64,000 nt of DNA. Source: Trypanosoma brucei (lineage: Eukaryota). The number at the start of each line of letters is the position of its first letter. The first letter of the stretch is position 1. Of the stretch, positions 20,890 to 31,621 are shown in pieces. The translations under genes and the position numbers were made by a program. The stretch covers positions 1,472,001 through 1,536,000 of the forward strand of contig CM000208.1 in assembly GCA_000002445.1 (NCBI GenBank). The letters are read 5' to 3'. The notes under the pieces are model-generated. The model was given only the letters and a program-made list of their open reading frames with translations, had not been told where the DNA came from and searched no databases.

Positions 20890-22269
20890 TCACTCTTCAT
20901 TATTATCATCATGATCCCCTTCTGGGGAAGGAACTGGATGCCGGGCACTGCTGCACGCACTAAATATTTGTGGAGCCCCTTTTCGCTTGATACTTGCGCA
21001 CAGCTTCACCTTAACGACATTAAAATCACCTATCATTGGAGCCCGCCCTCCCCGCTGCTTCTTCAGCTCCAGCCATAGCTCCAGGAACTGAAATAAGCAA
21101 CCAACATAATATTCACAGCACGTAATTAAAAAAGGAAATTCACGCCGCAGGGTTTCCTCACACTGCGGATGCAACGGTAGAGGGGATATGTTTTGCTTAC
21201 CCCCTCTACCTTCACCACCAGAACTTCGCGCTCGCCGCATCATCTCTGCATGAGTTCGTGTATCCTTCAGCTGATCAAGTACCACACCGGTAAAATTAAA
21301 TCCGATTAAAACAAACGGAAGCTCCTCAAAAACGTTGTCACCATCCTCCCCCTTTTTTATACACGTGTCCCACAAGCGAAAACCGAATGCTCTATAGTAC
21401 TCAAGAAGAAACACTAACTGCAACAAACCAAACAACCCCGTAGAGCGAAGGTCAGTTGCCGGATCACTCCCTTGAAACCCAAGCTTCTCCCACTCATTCC
21501 AGACATTGCCATTGTGCTCCTCGGCGTCACGAATCAATACATTGCGAAGTGTTATGAGCAGCCGTCGGTGAATGGGATTACTGTGGTCAAATGGCATAGA
21601 AGGAAGTGTTGAGCAAAAATCCACATCCTGCTGGAGAACCTGTTTCGGATTTTTGGGATCTATGGGAGCATCCGCGTTGGTTTGACTGTCGAGTGATGAG
21701 GAGCTGTTACAACAAAAGAACACTTTTCTCAGGAAACCACGCAACCGAAGACATCGCCCCCTCCCCCGTGCACGCAGTGGTATCGCATATGGTTCCCATG
21801 AGGATCTGTCATGCTTTAACGCACGAACCGCGTCAACAAAACTAATGGAACGAAAAGACTCACCAGTGTCAGCATGACTCAAACTCATGACGCTAAGCAC
21901 CCGCCTCATCGTTGCGTCATTAACATCATCCCAGTCAATCGATGGCACAGAAGAGTCGCATTTTCTACTTTTGGACTCCCTCTCAGACTCTGAGTATTTG
22001 TGGCGTGAGGTATCTGCTATAACAACATTACCTGTAATGCTTTCAGAGGGAGAAAATGCTTCGGGAAACGCATCCTCACTTGCCTTCAGGCTTTGCACAC
22101 AACCCATTACAACATTGCCATGAAGTTGCTGCTCCAACTGCAGTTGCAACTGCTGCTGGTGTTGCTGATCTAATTCGCAAGGTGTCGCAATAATATCATC
22201 AGAATTTCTATAGCTTAACACAACGGCATCCGGTGAAACAACGGTTAGGTCGGTGGACGAAGTTCCCAT
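20890..22269 (-). CDS. ELMO/CED-12 domain-containing protein.
   Basis: The segment WEKLGFQGSDPATDLRSTGLFGLLQLVFLLEYY...FVLIGFNFTGVVLDQL fits the ELMOD core motif (FQG-DP-TDFRG-G-LxL). Confidence 0.65.
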   Translation of the reverse strand: MGTSSTDLTVVSPDAVVLSYRNSDDIIATPCELDQQHQQQLQLQLEQQLHGNVVMGCVQSLKASEDAFPEAFSPSESITGNVVIADTSRHKYSESERESKSRKCDSSVPSIDWDDVNDATMRRVLSVMSLSHADTGESFRSISFVDAVRALKHDRSSWEPYAIPLRARGRGRCLRLRGFLRKVFFCCNSSSSLDSQTNADAPIDPKNPKQVLQQDVDFCSTLPSMPFDHSNPIHRRLLITLRNVLIRDAEEHNGNVWNEWEKLGFQGSDPATDLRSTGLFGLLQLVFLLEYYRAFGFRLWDTCIKKGEDGDNVFEELPFVLIGFNFTGVVLDQLKDTRTHAEMMRRARSSGGEGRGGKQNISPLPLHPQCEETLRREFPFLITCCEYYVGCLFQFLELWLELKKQRGGRAPMIGDFNVVKVKLCASIKRKGAPQIFSACSSARHPVPSPEGDHDDNNEE

Positions 22270-23476
22270 GATGAGCTAAACGTGCACGGTGTCCCGCAGT
22301 ACACCAGCTTCGAAGTAAAGATTTTCCTAGTGGAAGTATCCGTAGATGTTATTGAACAAAGCGCGGTAATGGGAATGAAACGGAGAGAAAGGGAAAGGAA
22401 ATGGAGGGGGGAAGAAAAGAGCAACATAAGAGCACATGTAAATAAAGGCGCAGAAGAGAATAAAGAAAAAAAAACAAAAGGTTGGGAAAGTGCCAAAGAT
22501 AATCTACAAGTATGTATTAATTCACACCTATGCAAGCGGCAACGCCACAAAAGATGAAGCAACGCAACCGCGTAAAAATACACGTCTAGTAACACTCCCG
22601 AATCATATATGTTTCCCCAGTCCTTTCAAGCGCGTAAACACCTGCACAAAAAGGAACACCGACCATTTATTTTTGCCGCTACACTCGGTGCTGGGGGATT
22701 CCATTTTTTTTTTTTAATCCAAGAGCTTGAAATCCCCCAGCACCGACGTACACAATATTGGAAACGGTGAATCACCACCTGCCAAATACAAAAGAGTCAC
22801 TCATAGAAATAATGATAAAGATGAGAACAATTCAACAAAGATGGAAAAAGCAGTAGTGGAAAATCACTAATAACGTAATTGTGACCTTCAAGTAAAAAAA
22901 GCGACGATTAAAATAAATTGAAGGATTGGGCACTGAAAAGGAAGCGACATGAAGTTGGGTGTGTACAACACAAATATCCCAGAAGGGAACGAAAACGACA
23001 GATTTAATTGTGATGATGCCTCTCCACCGCTCACTGAAATGCGTATTAACTAAGTAAACTGGAATATCTAACGGTATCATTCGGCGCGGTGATTCTAATC
23101 TATGTCCAACGCCCCAAACTGACTCACAAAAAAAAATATATATATATATTTAAAAAAAAGCGCACACACGCACACGCAAAAAACAGTCAACTTAACAAAA
23201 AAAAAAAAGTACAAGTAAACTTTCCTCATTTTACATTTCAATTGAGAGTCCGCTTCGCTCAACGAGCCGTCCCGCAGTGCCAGAAGTCGAAACGATACCG
23301 GGACCCCATTTATCTCATGCACCTTGCGCCCCTCTTCGCCGTAGCAATTTGTTTTAATGCTCAACAAACGAAATAATGCTCCAAAGCCTCTCAGTTTCAG
23401 AAATTCATACTTCTAACAAATACGAGCAGTCAACTTAAGAAATCGAGGAGGAGGAGGAGGAGAAACAGGAGTAATA

Positions 23477-25225
23477 TCACCTACTTCTCTTGCGCCCCAC
23501 TAATAACTCGCTATCATCGGTTGCCTCACCAACAGAATGTTTTCCAATGGCCACGGCGTCAACCTGAGCGGAACCACATGTGGAATCCCACTTCTTCAAT
23601 TCTAACTTTGACAATTCAAGACGCCTGGAAGTTTTTGCTGGAACATTGCCTTCACTTCCCATCTGTAAAACGTTATAACTTACATCTTCCATCCCTTGCA
23701 ACTCAGCTTTCAAGTGGCGGTGCGCGCCCAAGGTGGGAATTTCCCTAAATGCAACAGTTCTGCGTTCCAATGAAGTAAAGGAAGGACAGATTGGCTCTTT
23801 CCTCTCAATACACGCGGCCCGCCTGGTTTTCCGGCACTCTAAGGTTAACTCCGGTGTTTTCACATCAACATGTGTTACACTAGTAGTACCTCGTAATGCT
23901 ACAGTGGGCCGGCTTGCGGGGGGTGCCGCGCTTGAATTAGATGAAAAGCTCAGGCTTCTAATAAGTCTTATGACTTCATCTTCTTGAGCAACACTTATTA
24001 AATTCTCCGAACCATAACGCGATGAAAGTTGTTCGCTTTGGATTTGGGCCGTGCTGTGGCAACAGTCACTCATACATTTTGACGTCTCTTGAACGGTGGC
24101 TAAACTCTTTTTCATCATCTCACCGAACTTTGTCACCTCGGAATCATCCATCGCCTCTAATGTATTCCTCACTGACTCAATAGTATATTGGAAGGTTGCG
24201 TTCGCGACTTTGCATTGGGTATTAAGTGACGAGAATGTGTTGCTGAGATGAACCACGTCGTTAGATACCTGATTCATCATCAAACACTCACGCTCCTCAA
24301 GAGCATTCCGAAGTGTGTTGAAGCACTTTTTAACCGCCTCCTGCCTGAATACTAAAGCTTTGTTACACAAGGGCAGTAACCGTTGTTCAATGTCAGCTGA
24401 CAAACTTTGTGTGGCTGCAGCAGATACTCGAAGTTTTTCCACCTGTTCCTGCACTTCCAACCGGGTCCTGCGAGCAGCGCTTTCAACAGACTCCATCGAA
24501 TGACCTTTATGTGCACCTTCCAAGTAGCAGTTAATGCAAATAACCGTCGAGCACGTAACGCAATATGCATTTAGTGGCTGGGAAGGATGAGTATTGCAAA
24601 CTTTCGGCTCCATGTGTATTGCCGACTTTAAAGGGACGATTTTGTGTGTCGTATACCGGCCACGTTGATGAGAGGACACCATACAGATTTCACATAAAGG
24701 GAAACCGCAGGGAACACAAAAGAGATTAGCACCTTCCCTCTCACATGCACCGCATATTCCGCTCTCCCTTTCCACATCTGTAAACCCATCATTCAATGGC
24801 ACCGATGAGGAGGTGTCGGCTTCACCAACCTCTTTGTCAGTTTGAATAATTGTATCTCCATCTCCAACCCCATTAGTGATGGCATTGGTAGGCATAGAGA
24901 CAAAACAACTTGGGCATGACATTAATATCGGGGTTCCTTCACTTCCCCGCACATTCCGCCACTGGGACGCGCATTTCCTGCATGCGAAACAATACCGCTC
25001 GGTATCCGAGTGTTCCAATGGATGAAGGGGAATACATTGCTTAATTTGGTACTTGAAACATAGTGAGCAAAGGTGCTGCCGTGTTGAGCTATCGTTTGAG
25101 CTGAAGAGGGCACGTGATACCTCCGTGTGGGCTGCGTGATCCCCCGTGACTCTGTACCCGAAAGAAGTGGTCGACATTAAGATGCCCTGAATGATTGTAC
25201 AAGCAAAAAAAAAAAAGACCAACAT
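23477..25225 (-). CDS. B-box zinc-finger protein with TRIM-like architecture (Cys-rich N-terminus, two B-box-like Cys/His clusters, then coiled coil). The true start is possibly the Met at 25177.
   Basis: Cys/His clusters are visible: CSLCFKYQIKQC...CFACRKC, CGACEREGANLFCVPCGFPLCEICMVSSHQRGRYTTH and CNTHPSQPLNAYCVTCSTVICINCYLEGAHKGH. An E/Q/L-rich heptad region follows. The first 16 residues (MLVFFFFACTIIQGIL) look non-coding. Confidence 0.6.
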   Translation of the reverse strand: MLVFFFFACTIIQGILMSTTSFGYRVTGDHAAHTEVSRALFSSNDSSTRQHLCSLCFKYQIKQCIPLHPLEHSDTERYCFACRKCASQWRNVRGSEGTPILMSCPSCFVSMPTNAITNGVGDGDTIIQTDKEVGEADTSSSVPLNDGFTDVERESGICGACEREGANLFCVPCGFPLCEICMVSSHQRGRYTTHKIVPLKSAIHMEPKVCNTHPSQPLNAYCVTCSTVICINCYLEGAHKGHSMESVESAARRTRLEVQEQVEKLRVSAAATQSLSADIEQRLLPLCNKALVFRQEAVKKCFNTLRNALEERECLMMNQVSNDVVHLSNTFSSLNTQCKVANATFQYTIESVRNTLEAMDDSEVTKFGEMMKKSLATVQETSKCMSDCCHSTAQIQSEQLSSRYGSENLISVAQEDEVIRLIRSLSFSSNSSAAPPASRPTVALRGTTSVTHVDVKTPELTLECRKTRRAACIERKEPICPSFTSLERRTVAFREIPTLGAHRHLKAELQGMEDVSYNVLQMGSEGNVPAKTSRRLELSKLELKKWDSTCGSAQVDAVAIGKHSVGEATDDSELLVGRKRSR

Positions 25226-26312
25226 CCATTTGGTTAGTCATCACCAAAAAGGTTGCCAAATAATGGAAACAGTTTGAGGGAAGCAAAACGAGGAGAAGAA
25301 AAAAAGGATATTCCAATGATTTTTTTTTTTAAAAGGCGAGAAACAGTAAAAAACAAAAGGCCCCAATCTCCGTTTCAGACATCAGAAAGGCCGTCCGTGA
25401 GCCACATTTATAATTAGAGAAATGTAACATGTATACATATATTGGCACGTTGAAAAATGGACATATAAGTGGACGCAAATTCTCTTTTTTTTTCTTTGAA
25501 ATAACAATGCAAGTACATCTCCAAACGACTAATACACCCCTATAGCTTCCTTAATTGAACAAACACACAAGCAACAACAAATCTGTAACGGAAATTTGTT
25601 TTCCTCCTTTTCTGATTACCACTCATGGGAATTTGACAAACAAAAGTTGCCCTACCGATACCGTATAAAAAGCACTAAATGCCCTTCGCAAAACGTAGCT
25701 AGTGCAGTCGAAAAATAGTGAATTTCACCCAAACTCCACCAAAAAAGAAAAAAATAAAAAATAAAAAGAGTGAGAGAACAGTTCGAGATGGAGTTCCTCA
25801 AACGGAGGAAATGCGCACCTTTGTAATATCTAAAGGCGAAAGAATCACGTATCGACCACCACCGCCTTTATAACTCATAATGAAACCCAAACGCTCCCTT
25901 TATTCACTCGTGAGGAGCGCGCCGGTACCGCCGTCACTTCATTTTTGTAATGGTTGATTGTTCTTTTGCGTTGTGCTCCTCTGATAACTGATGCGCCGTA
26001 AATGCCAATGGAAAATCAGATTAGATATCTGTGAGAATGAAGTAGGCTATTCCACGAGTAGCGGTAAGGGGCAAAAGTTGAGGGCACAAATAAAAACAAA
26101 ATGAAGTGACATCACGAAATAGCTAATGGAAATTGAAGGCCAGTGCACGTGTATCAGTAGAAGATAGCAATCATTGTAACTTTTATTCGTCCATTGTTTA
26201 TATCGGCACGAAAAAAAAAAAACTCATTCATTCCTGACACAAACGGTGCACACCTACCACGGAACAAGCACCCGCCGGTGAGCGCTGTAAATGGGACTTG
26301 TCCTCCCATCAC

Positions 26313-27593
26313 CTAAGTCATGTATTTGCTTCCAGACTTCAGTCGATGTAAGCCGATTGCTTTCAACCCGGAACCAGAGGGAAAGTTCCTTGCATCAGCG
26401 AGTACCTCTGCGCTCTTCATTTCTTTGCAGAATAACCTCATAGCCCGTGGAATCTCACCGGCGTGTACCTCTGTGGAATCTAATACCTGCAATTGTGGCA
26501 TCATACTTATCACACGGAACCGGCATTGTTCCTCGTATGGAAGTTGACTCAACTCATGATTGCCATCGACCTCCCACTGTACATCCCCGTATGGCGCAGC
26601 TGGCAAGTGATGGATTATTGATCTTACTTGTGGTGCTGTTAATGATGTAAGTAATGCACTGCTCACAGTTGGGAGGGGCATTCCCTCCTTTTGCGTACTC
26701 ACGTTGAGGCTGCGACACGCGGCGAAGTCAACGTCCTGTTGCACATGTGCCTCATAACTGAGAGACGAGGAGTTGCCAGATGTTGTTCCGTCATGAGAAC
26801 GAAGTACCGGATTGCCTTCTAAAGTTAAAACACGGATATTCTTAAGTTTTGATAACCCCTCCAAACCGTCCCAGTTCTGAATATTGTTATTGGAAAGGAA
26901 CAGAAACACCAAGCTGTGTAGCACATCAAAGTCGGAAAAACCTTCTACCGCATTGTGTTCTAAGTTCAATGACTCCAAGTTACCCGCTAGGTGCACTACA
27001 AAGCGCTTGTCGACGATGCTGTTATATGACAGGTTGAGCGCACGCACCGTGAGGCACTTGGAAAATGTATCTAAGTTGACCCGTGAGATTTTGTTCAACT
27101 TTAAATTCAGTCGTGTGAGACTGTGGAGAAGTGAGAAATCATCCGCATGCAGCTCTGTGATGCCGTTTTCTGCCGCAGAGAAATCCATAAGAAACGGAAG
27201 CTTGGAAAGCCCCCCGAGGGACGTTAATGCGTTCCTGTCAAGATTTAGCCGTTCTAGAGTCACACTTGACGAAGCGAGGTCATCAAACACATCGTTTGTG
27301 AGTGCATTGCCTGCAGCAGAAAAATGTATGAGACAGCATAGGCTTCGTAACGGTTTGAGCGTTACGAGCCGGTTGTCATCCAGTGAGAGCCGCTGAAGAT
27401 GCACATATGAGCTTAGCAAATCAATAGAAGTAAGACTCAGCGAGCAAAGTTTAGCCTGCGCATAAACAAGCCAACCGTCTGCGTTGCTACTGAGAGCACT
27501 GAGTGACTCCTTCACAACCTCATATGTAAGCGGGTTTTCGACTTCTAACGGCACGTCACCGGGGTCCTCAGGCGCTATATTGGATGTGCTCAT
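26313..27593 (-). CDS. Leucine-rich repeat (LRR) protein.
   Basis: There are 8 or more consecutive LxxLxLxxNxL units (LQRLSLDDNRLVTLKPL, LERLNLDRNALTSLGGL, LTRLNLKLNKISRVN, LESLNLEHNAVEGF, and so on) plus a C-terminal cap-like region. Confidence 0.7.
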   Translation of the reverse strand: MSTSNIAPEDPGDVPLEVENPLTYEVVKESLSALSSNADGWLVYAQAKLCSLSLTSIDLLSSYVHLQRLSLDDNRLVTLKPLRSLCCLIHFSAAGNALTNDVFDDLASSSVTLERLNLDRNALTSLGGLSKLPFLMDFSAAENGITELHADDFSLLHSLTRLNLKLNKISRVNLDTFSKCLTVRALNLSYNSIVDKRFVVHLAGNLESLNLEHNAVEGFSDFDVLHSLVFLFLSNNNIQNWDGLEGLSKLKNIRVLTLEGNPVLRSHDGTTSGNSSSLSYEAHVQQDVDFAACRSLNVSTQKEGMPLPTVSSALLTSLTAPQVRSIIHHLPAAPYGDVQWEVDGNHELSQLPYEEQCRFRVISMMPQLQVLDSTEVHAGEIPRAMRLFCKEMKSAEVLADARNFPSGSGLKAIGLHRLKSGSKYMT

Positions 27594-28307
27594 TCAGCAA
27601 CAAACTCTCACCTTATTAACCGAAAAACAATTGCGCCACTTCCCGCAGTTTGGAGGTTTCGTAACAGTTTTGGTGCTATGACTACCTGATCTAAGTTAGA
27701 CACTCGTTGGTAAGTGAGGATAAAGAGTAAGCAACACGTTTATGAGCAAGCGCGGAGGTAACCCTCGAAGCAATAGAAGCAAATACAAGAATTTTAAAAA
27801 AAAACAAAACTATTCATTGATGAAATAACACCGGGGGAACCAATTCACATACAGTGCTAACCACTTTAGTGAAAGAGACAAACACATTCCGGTGCAATAT
27901 AAACCCTCTTCCTCTCAACAGAAACCCCAACAGACAACTGTAACATGTAACTGTCCCGAATATTGTTACGCAAAGTCCCCGCACATATCACACTGTACGT
28001 TACGGTCCTCCACGTAGATGGAAAAGAAAGTGTGAAATCTACACAAACCCATCGTCAACATCTGCAGAGGGCTCTTAATGGGCGCATTCCATATGCTCTT
28101 GAAAATGACTTGGTGGCACCTTCACTGCTGCTCCTTGTCTCCAAGTGATCTCTTTCCCTTCCTCTCCCCCGTTTTTTTTCGCTTCTGTTCCAAATATTTC
28201 TGCACCCTCCACGGCATCTCCGAATTGGATACAAATGGAACCAGCATGGAAAGAGACAACTTGAATTAGGGAAGAATTAACCAACAGAGTAAGCGCAGAG
28301 ATAGTTA

Positions 28308-29639
28308 CTACCGATGCTGGGAATATAAGGAGCGAAGCTCATTAACGATAAGGCTCCGCTGAGTAGTTTTATCAGCGCCCACAGGAGTGGGATTGCGCCG
28401 CCGATCCGAGCTTATGGGCCGAGGAACGGGTACATCAGTTACAGTCACCCCAGCATTCGCCATATCTCTCTGTGCCTCCTTAATGAGCCGAATCTGATCA
28501 GTCTTACGGTCCATCAGAGTTGAGATGCGATTGAGAGCGGCTGTCACCACTTCAGGACTAATTTCCTCTGCTGCAGCGCGCTCCACAGTATCTTTGTATT
28601 GTTGATGAAGGCTCTTTAGCTCCTCTTGCAGTTCTTCATACACTTCCTTCATTGCCCCGCTTCGCAGTCCCCCCTCGACAGAATCAAAGTGACTTTGGTT
28701 TACCGGAGTTGCCGCTCTCCCACGAGACACAGGTCTTACATGGTAGGAATTGTTAAGCCCAAGCTCCAATGCGCGGCCAGCGCTGGTTCTTCTCGCATCG
28801 CGTTGAATGGAAGAATATGTTGGATCTCTATAGGTACGCCGTGTATTGCCTGCGAGACCCACAGATGCCCGGCGCCGCTCCGCCGAGTGACCAGAGATAT
28901 TAACAAGATGGCGTGCCTCCTGCAGCCGACCCCTAACGGGACCCACAAACGCGTTTGATCTACGTGGTTTGCGGCTATTCCTCCTACAGCTGCCATTTGT
29001 CAGCCTAGTCACATCACAATCGGTCATGCGGGAATTGTCTACACTTCCCGTACCGCAGCGCCGCATGAGTTCCTGTATGGCCTGTTCCAAGTGATGATTA
29101 GTGTCAATTGCCGCCTCCTTCTCTGCTTTCAGTTCCTCAATGGACGCGAGTAATGTACGGTGTTTTTTTTGTTGCTCCTCCAGCTCATGTCGGAGCCTTT
29201 CCATTTCGCTATTGAGCGCACTCTCACGTTTCTTCGAGGCGTCGCACTCCTTCATCAGCATTTCCTCAAGTTCGGTACGAAACGTTCCTAAATCCTTACG
29301 GCTTTCCTCTAGTGTGCTTTGCAACCTTGTCTTTTCTTCAGTTGCGCGCTGCACCATCTCGTGCAGTTCCTTCTCACGCCGACGGTGGTGCGAACGCTCC
29401 TGCTCTAATTGATGCTCCATGTCTTGTTTATACGCCTCATGTGCCTGCAATGCCTTCTCATACTGATCCTGATGGTGGTTGCGGTCCTGCTCTAAGCGAC
29501 GTATTTTCTCCTGAAGAGTTTGGAGTGCAAGTACAATCGATCGCGTGTCACCTACACTCATATTGAGACCAGAGCGCTGCAAACTGGTATTACAACTCTC
29601 CATGGAGTGATTGGCGGATGTGACACGGGAAGATGACAT
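28308..29639 (-). CDS. Coiled-coil protein (443 aa).
   Basis: Extended E/K/R/Q/L-rich heptad region (LEQERSHHRRREKELHEMVQRATEEKTRLQSTLEESRKDL...). There is no enzymatic motif. Confidence 0.6.
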   Translation of the reverse strand: MSSSRVTSANHSMESCNTSLQRSGLNMSVGDTRSIVLALQTLQEKIRRLEQDRNHHQDQYEKALQAHEAYKQDMEHQLEQERSHHRRREKELHEMVQRATEEKTRLQSTLEESRKDLGTFRTELEEMLMKECDASKKRESALNSEMERLRHELEEQQKKHRTLLASIEELKAEKEAAIDTNHHLEQAIQELMRRCGTGSVDNSRMTDCDVTRLTNGSCRRNSRKPRRSNAFVGPVRGRLQEARHLVNISGHSAERRRASVGLAGNTRRTYRDPTYSSIQRDARRTSAGRALELGLNNSYHVRPVSRGRAATPVNQSHFDSVEGGLRSGAMKEVYEELQEELKSLHQQYKDTVERAAAEEISPEVVTAALNRISTLMDRKTDQIRLIKEAQRDMANAGVTVTDVPVPRPISSDRRRNPTPVGADKTTQRSLIVNELRSLYSQHR

Positions 29640-29840
29640 GAGTCAAGATACCTTTCCCACTGCACAATAATATGACTCTATTGGTACGGAGAAATTTCCG
29701 CTATTATGTTCGTGTATATATGTTGATAATACTAACTTATATGTGTGTTTGTGCGTGCGTTCGTATTCGATGATATGTGATGCAATGAAAAATGTAATTC
29801 ACCCGAAGCTTTTTATGCGCTTTGATCTTTTTGTCTCCGC

Positions 29841-29841
29841 T

Positions 29842-29884
<43 letters not shown>
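29841..29884. repeat. (TA)n microsatellite, approx 22 units.
   Basis: atatatatatatatatatatatatatatatatatatatatat is directly visible, inside the 2-kb spacer downstream of the coiled-coil gene's 5' end. Confidence 0.95.
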
Positions 29885-29887
<3 letters not shown>

Positions 29888-30672
29888 ATAATATATTATT
29901 TTCCTTTTGGCGGCCGCCACTTCTACACACGCACTCCCTTCGCTTCGTTTTCCTCTTGCCCAATTCTCTCTCGCTTTTTCTTTAGGGAAATAAATTCAAG
30001 ATATACATACATATATATATATACGAGCATATATGGGCATATATGTGTGAGAAGAAAAGAAAAAAAGGTAAAGAAGGAAAAAAAAAAGAAACTAAGCCTG
30101 AGTCAGAGGACAAAATGTAAACAAACAACATTAATTGTTTGCCATGTGAACACAGCACTTGTCCTCACCTCCTCTTAACATTTATTGCTTTGTACTGCCA
30201 GTTAATGGGGTGGGGAAGAAAAGATAATTTCAATTCAACAACAATACACGCGGTCGCCGACGTGTTGTTTATTCACTCAAAGTCCTGTCGACCACCAGGA
30301 AAGAAAAAAGATAATCCAAGGATGAACCTCAGACACTTTCCTACAGCGGGTTTCACATAAAGGGGAGGGGAAAAAAAAACAAAGAAAAAAGGAAAGGAAG
30401 GGAAGGGAACAAAAGTGATGAAAAGGGGGGAAATGGCGCTAAGAACACAACGCCAGAAAAGGTGTATTTTTTTTTTTTTGAAAAAAGAGCAGAAACAGAA
30501 TATAGTGTGTCAATAAGGTAAAAATACAAGGGTATCGTGCACACTAATTAGAAAAGGGTTGAAAAAAAAAAAGAAACAAATATTATGCACACGGAGGAGC
30601 GGTGGTGGACCACAGTAGCAACAACCTCTAATCACTGGATGATACCCCCATGAAAAAAAAATTATATTAATG

Positions 30673-30712
<40 letters not shown>
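30673..30712. repeat. (TA)n microsatellite, approx 18 units.
   Basis: Visible run tatatatatatatatatatatatatatatatatat. Confidence 0.95.
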
Positions 30713-30713
<1 letters not shown>

Positions 30714-31204
30714 TTTTCTCCCCCATACACCCTAAACACTCACAGCACTCTTACCTCCATTCACATCAGCAATTATGACACCCAACATAACTACAGTGAC
30801 AGAAAGCTGCCTCCATACTCGGAAAGTGGATTAACCTCAACATTCAAAGTTGTCCGACACATGTACCACAACATGGAGAAAAATATCAACTAAGTGAACA
30901 AATGCACGCCAACCTTCATGTGCTAAAGCTACAACTAATATATATGTGTGTTTGTACATATATGTTTACGACAACCTTACCGTATATGTAAACCGATAAT
31001 GGAGAACGAAAGCATTGTCGACCATAACCTGCTTCGCACTGTTCTTTCTTACAATGAAGCTCACCCCGTGCCGAACATACTTCACTTGTCATTACCGGCG
31101 CCACAACAGTTCACTACCGACTCACAAAGATAAAAAAAATGCAAAATAAATTGGGATTGTTGGCACCATATCACCATACACCCCGCTCCCTCACACAGTC
31201 AATA

Positions 31205-31221
31205 AAACCCACCCACCCACC

Positions 31222-31257
<36 letters not shown>

Positions 31258-31258
31258 G
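31205..31258. repeat. Compound (CCCA)6 + (CA)14 microsatellite.
   Basis: cccacccacccacccacccacccacacacacacacacacacacacacacaca. Confidence 0.95.
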
Positions 31259-31621
31259 CCATTGGTGTCAAACCCATCGAAAGAAAACAAGCTTATGTCT
31301 TGAAGAAACACAACAGAAAAAAAAAATCCAGCACCGCTCCCACAAACATATGAATCACCTCACATCCACAGAACACGTTGGCACCGCTGCTCATCACCGG
31401 GGCTGAGGAAAGTGTAAGTGAAGAAGAAGGGAGGGAAAAAAGGAACAAAGAAGTATCTATGCCCGCAGTAGGTAGCCTCGTGTACACCGTCGAAAGACAG
31501 AAGAAACACAAATAAAAGGGAGGAAAGTGAAGAAAGGATGCAATTGGAGAAATAGGGGAGTTGGGAATGGGGCCCATGTACCGCTTCATGCCCAACACAT
31601 CCCCCCCTTGTTGGTGAAACA

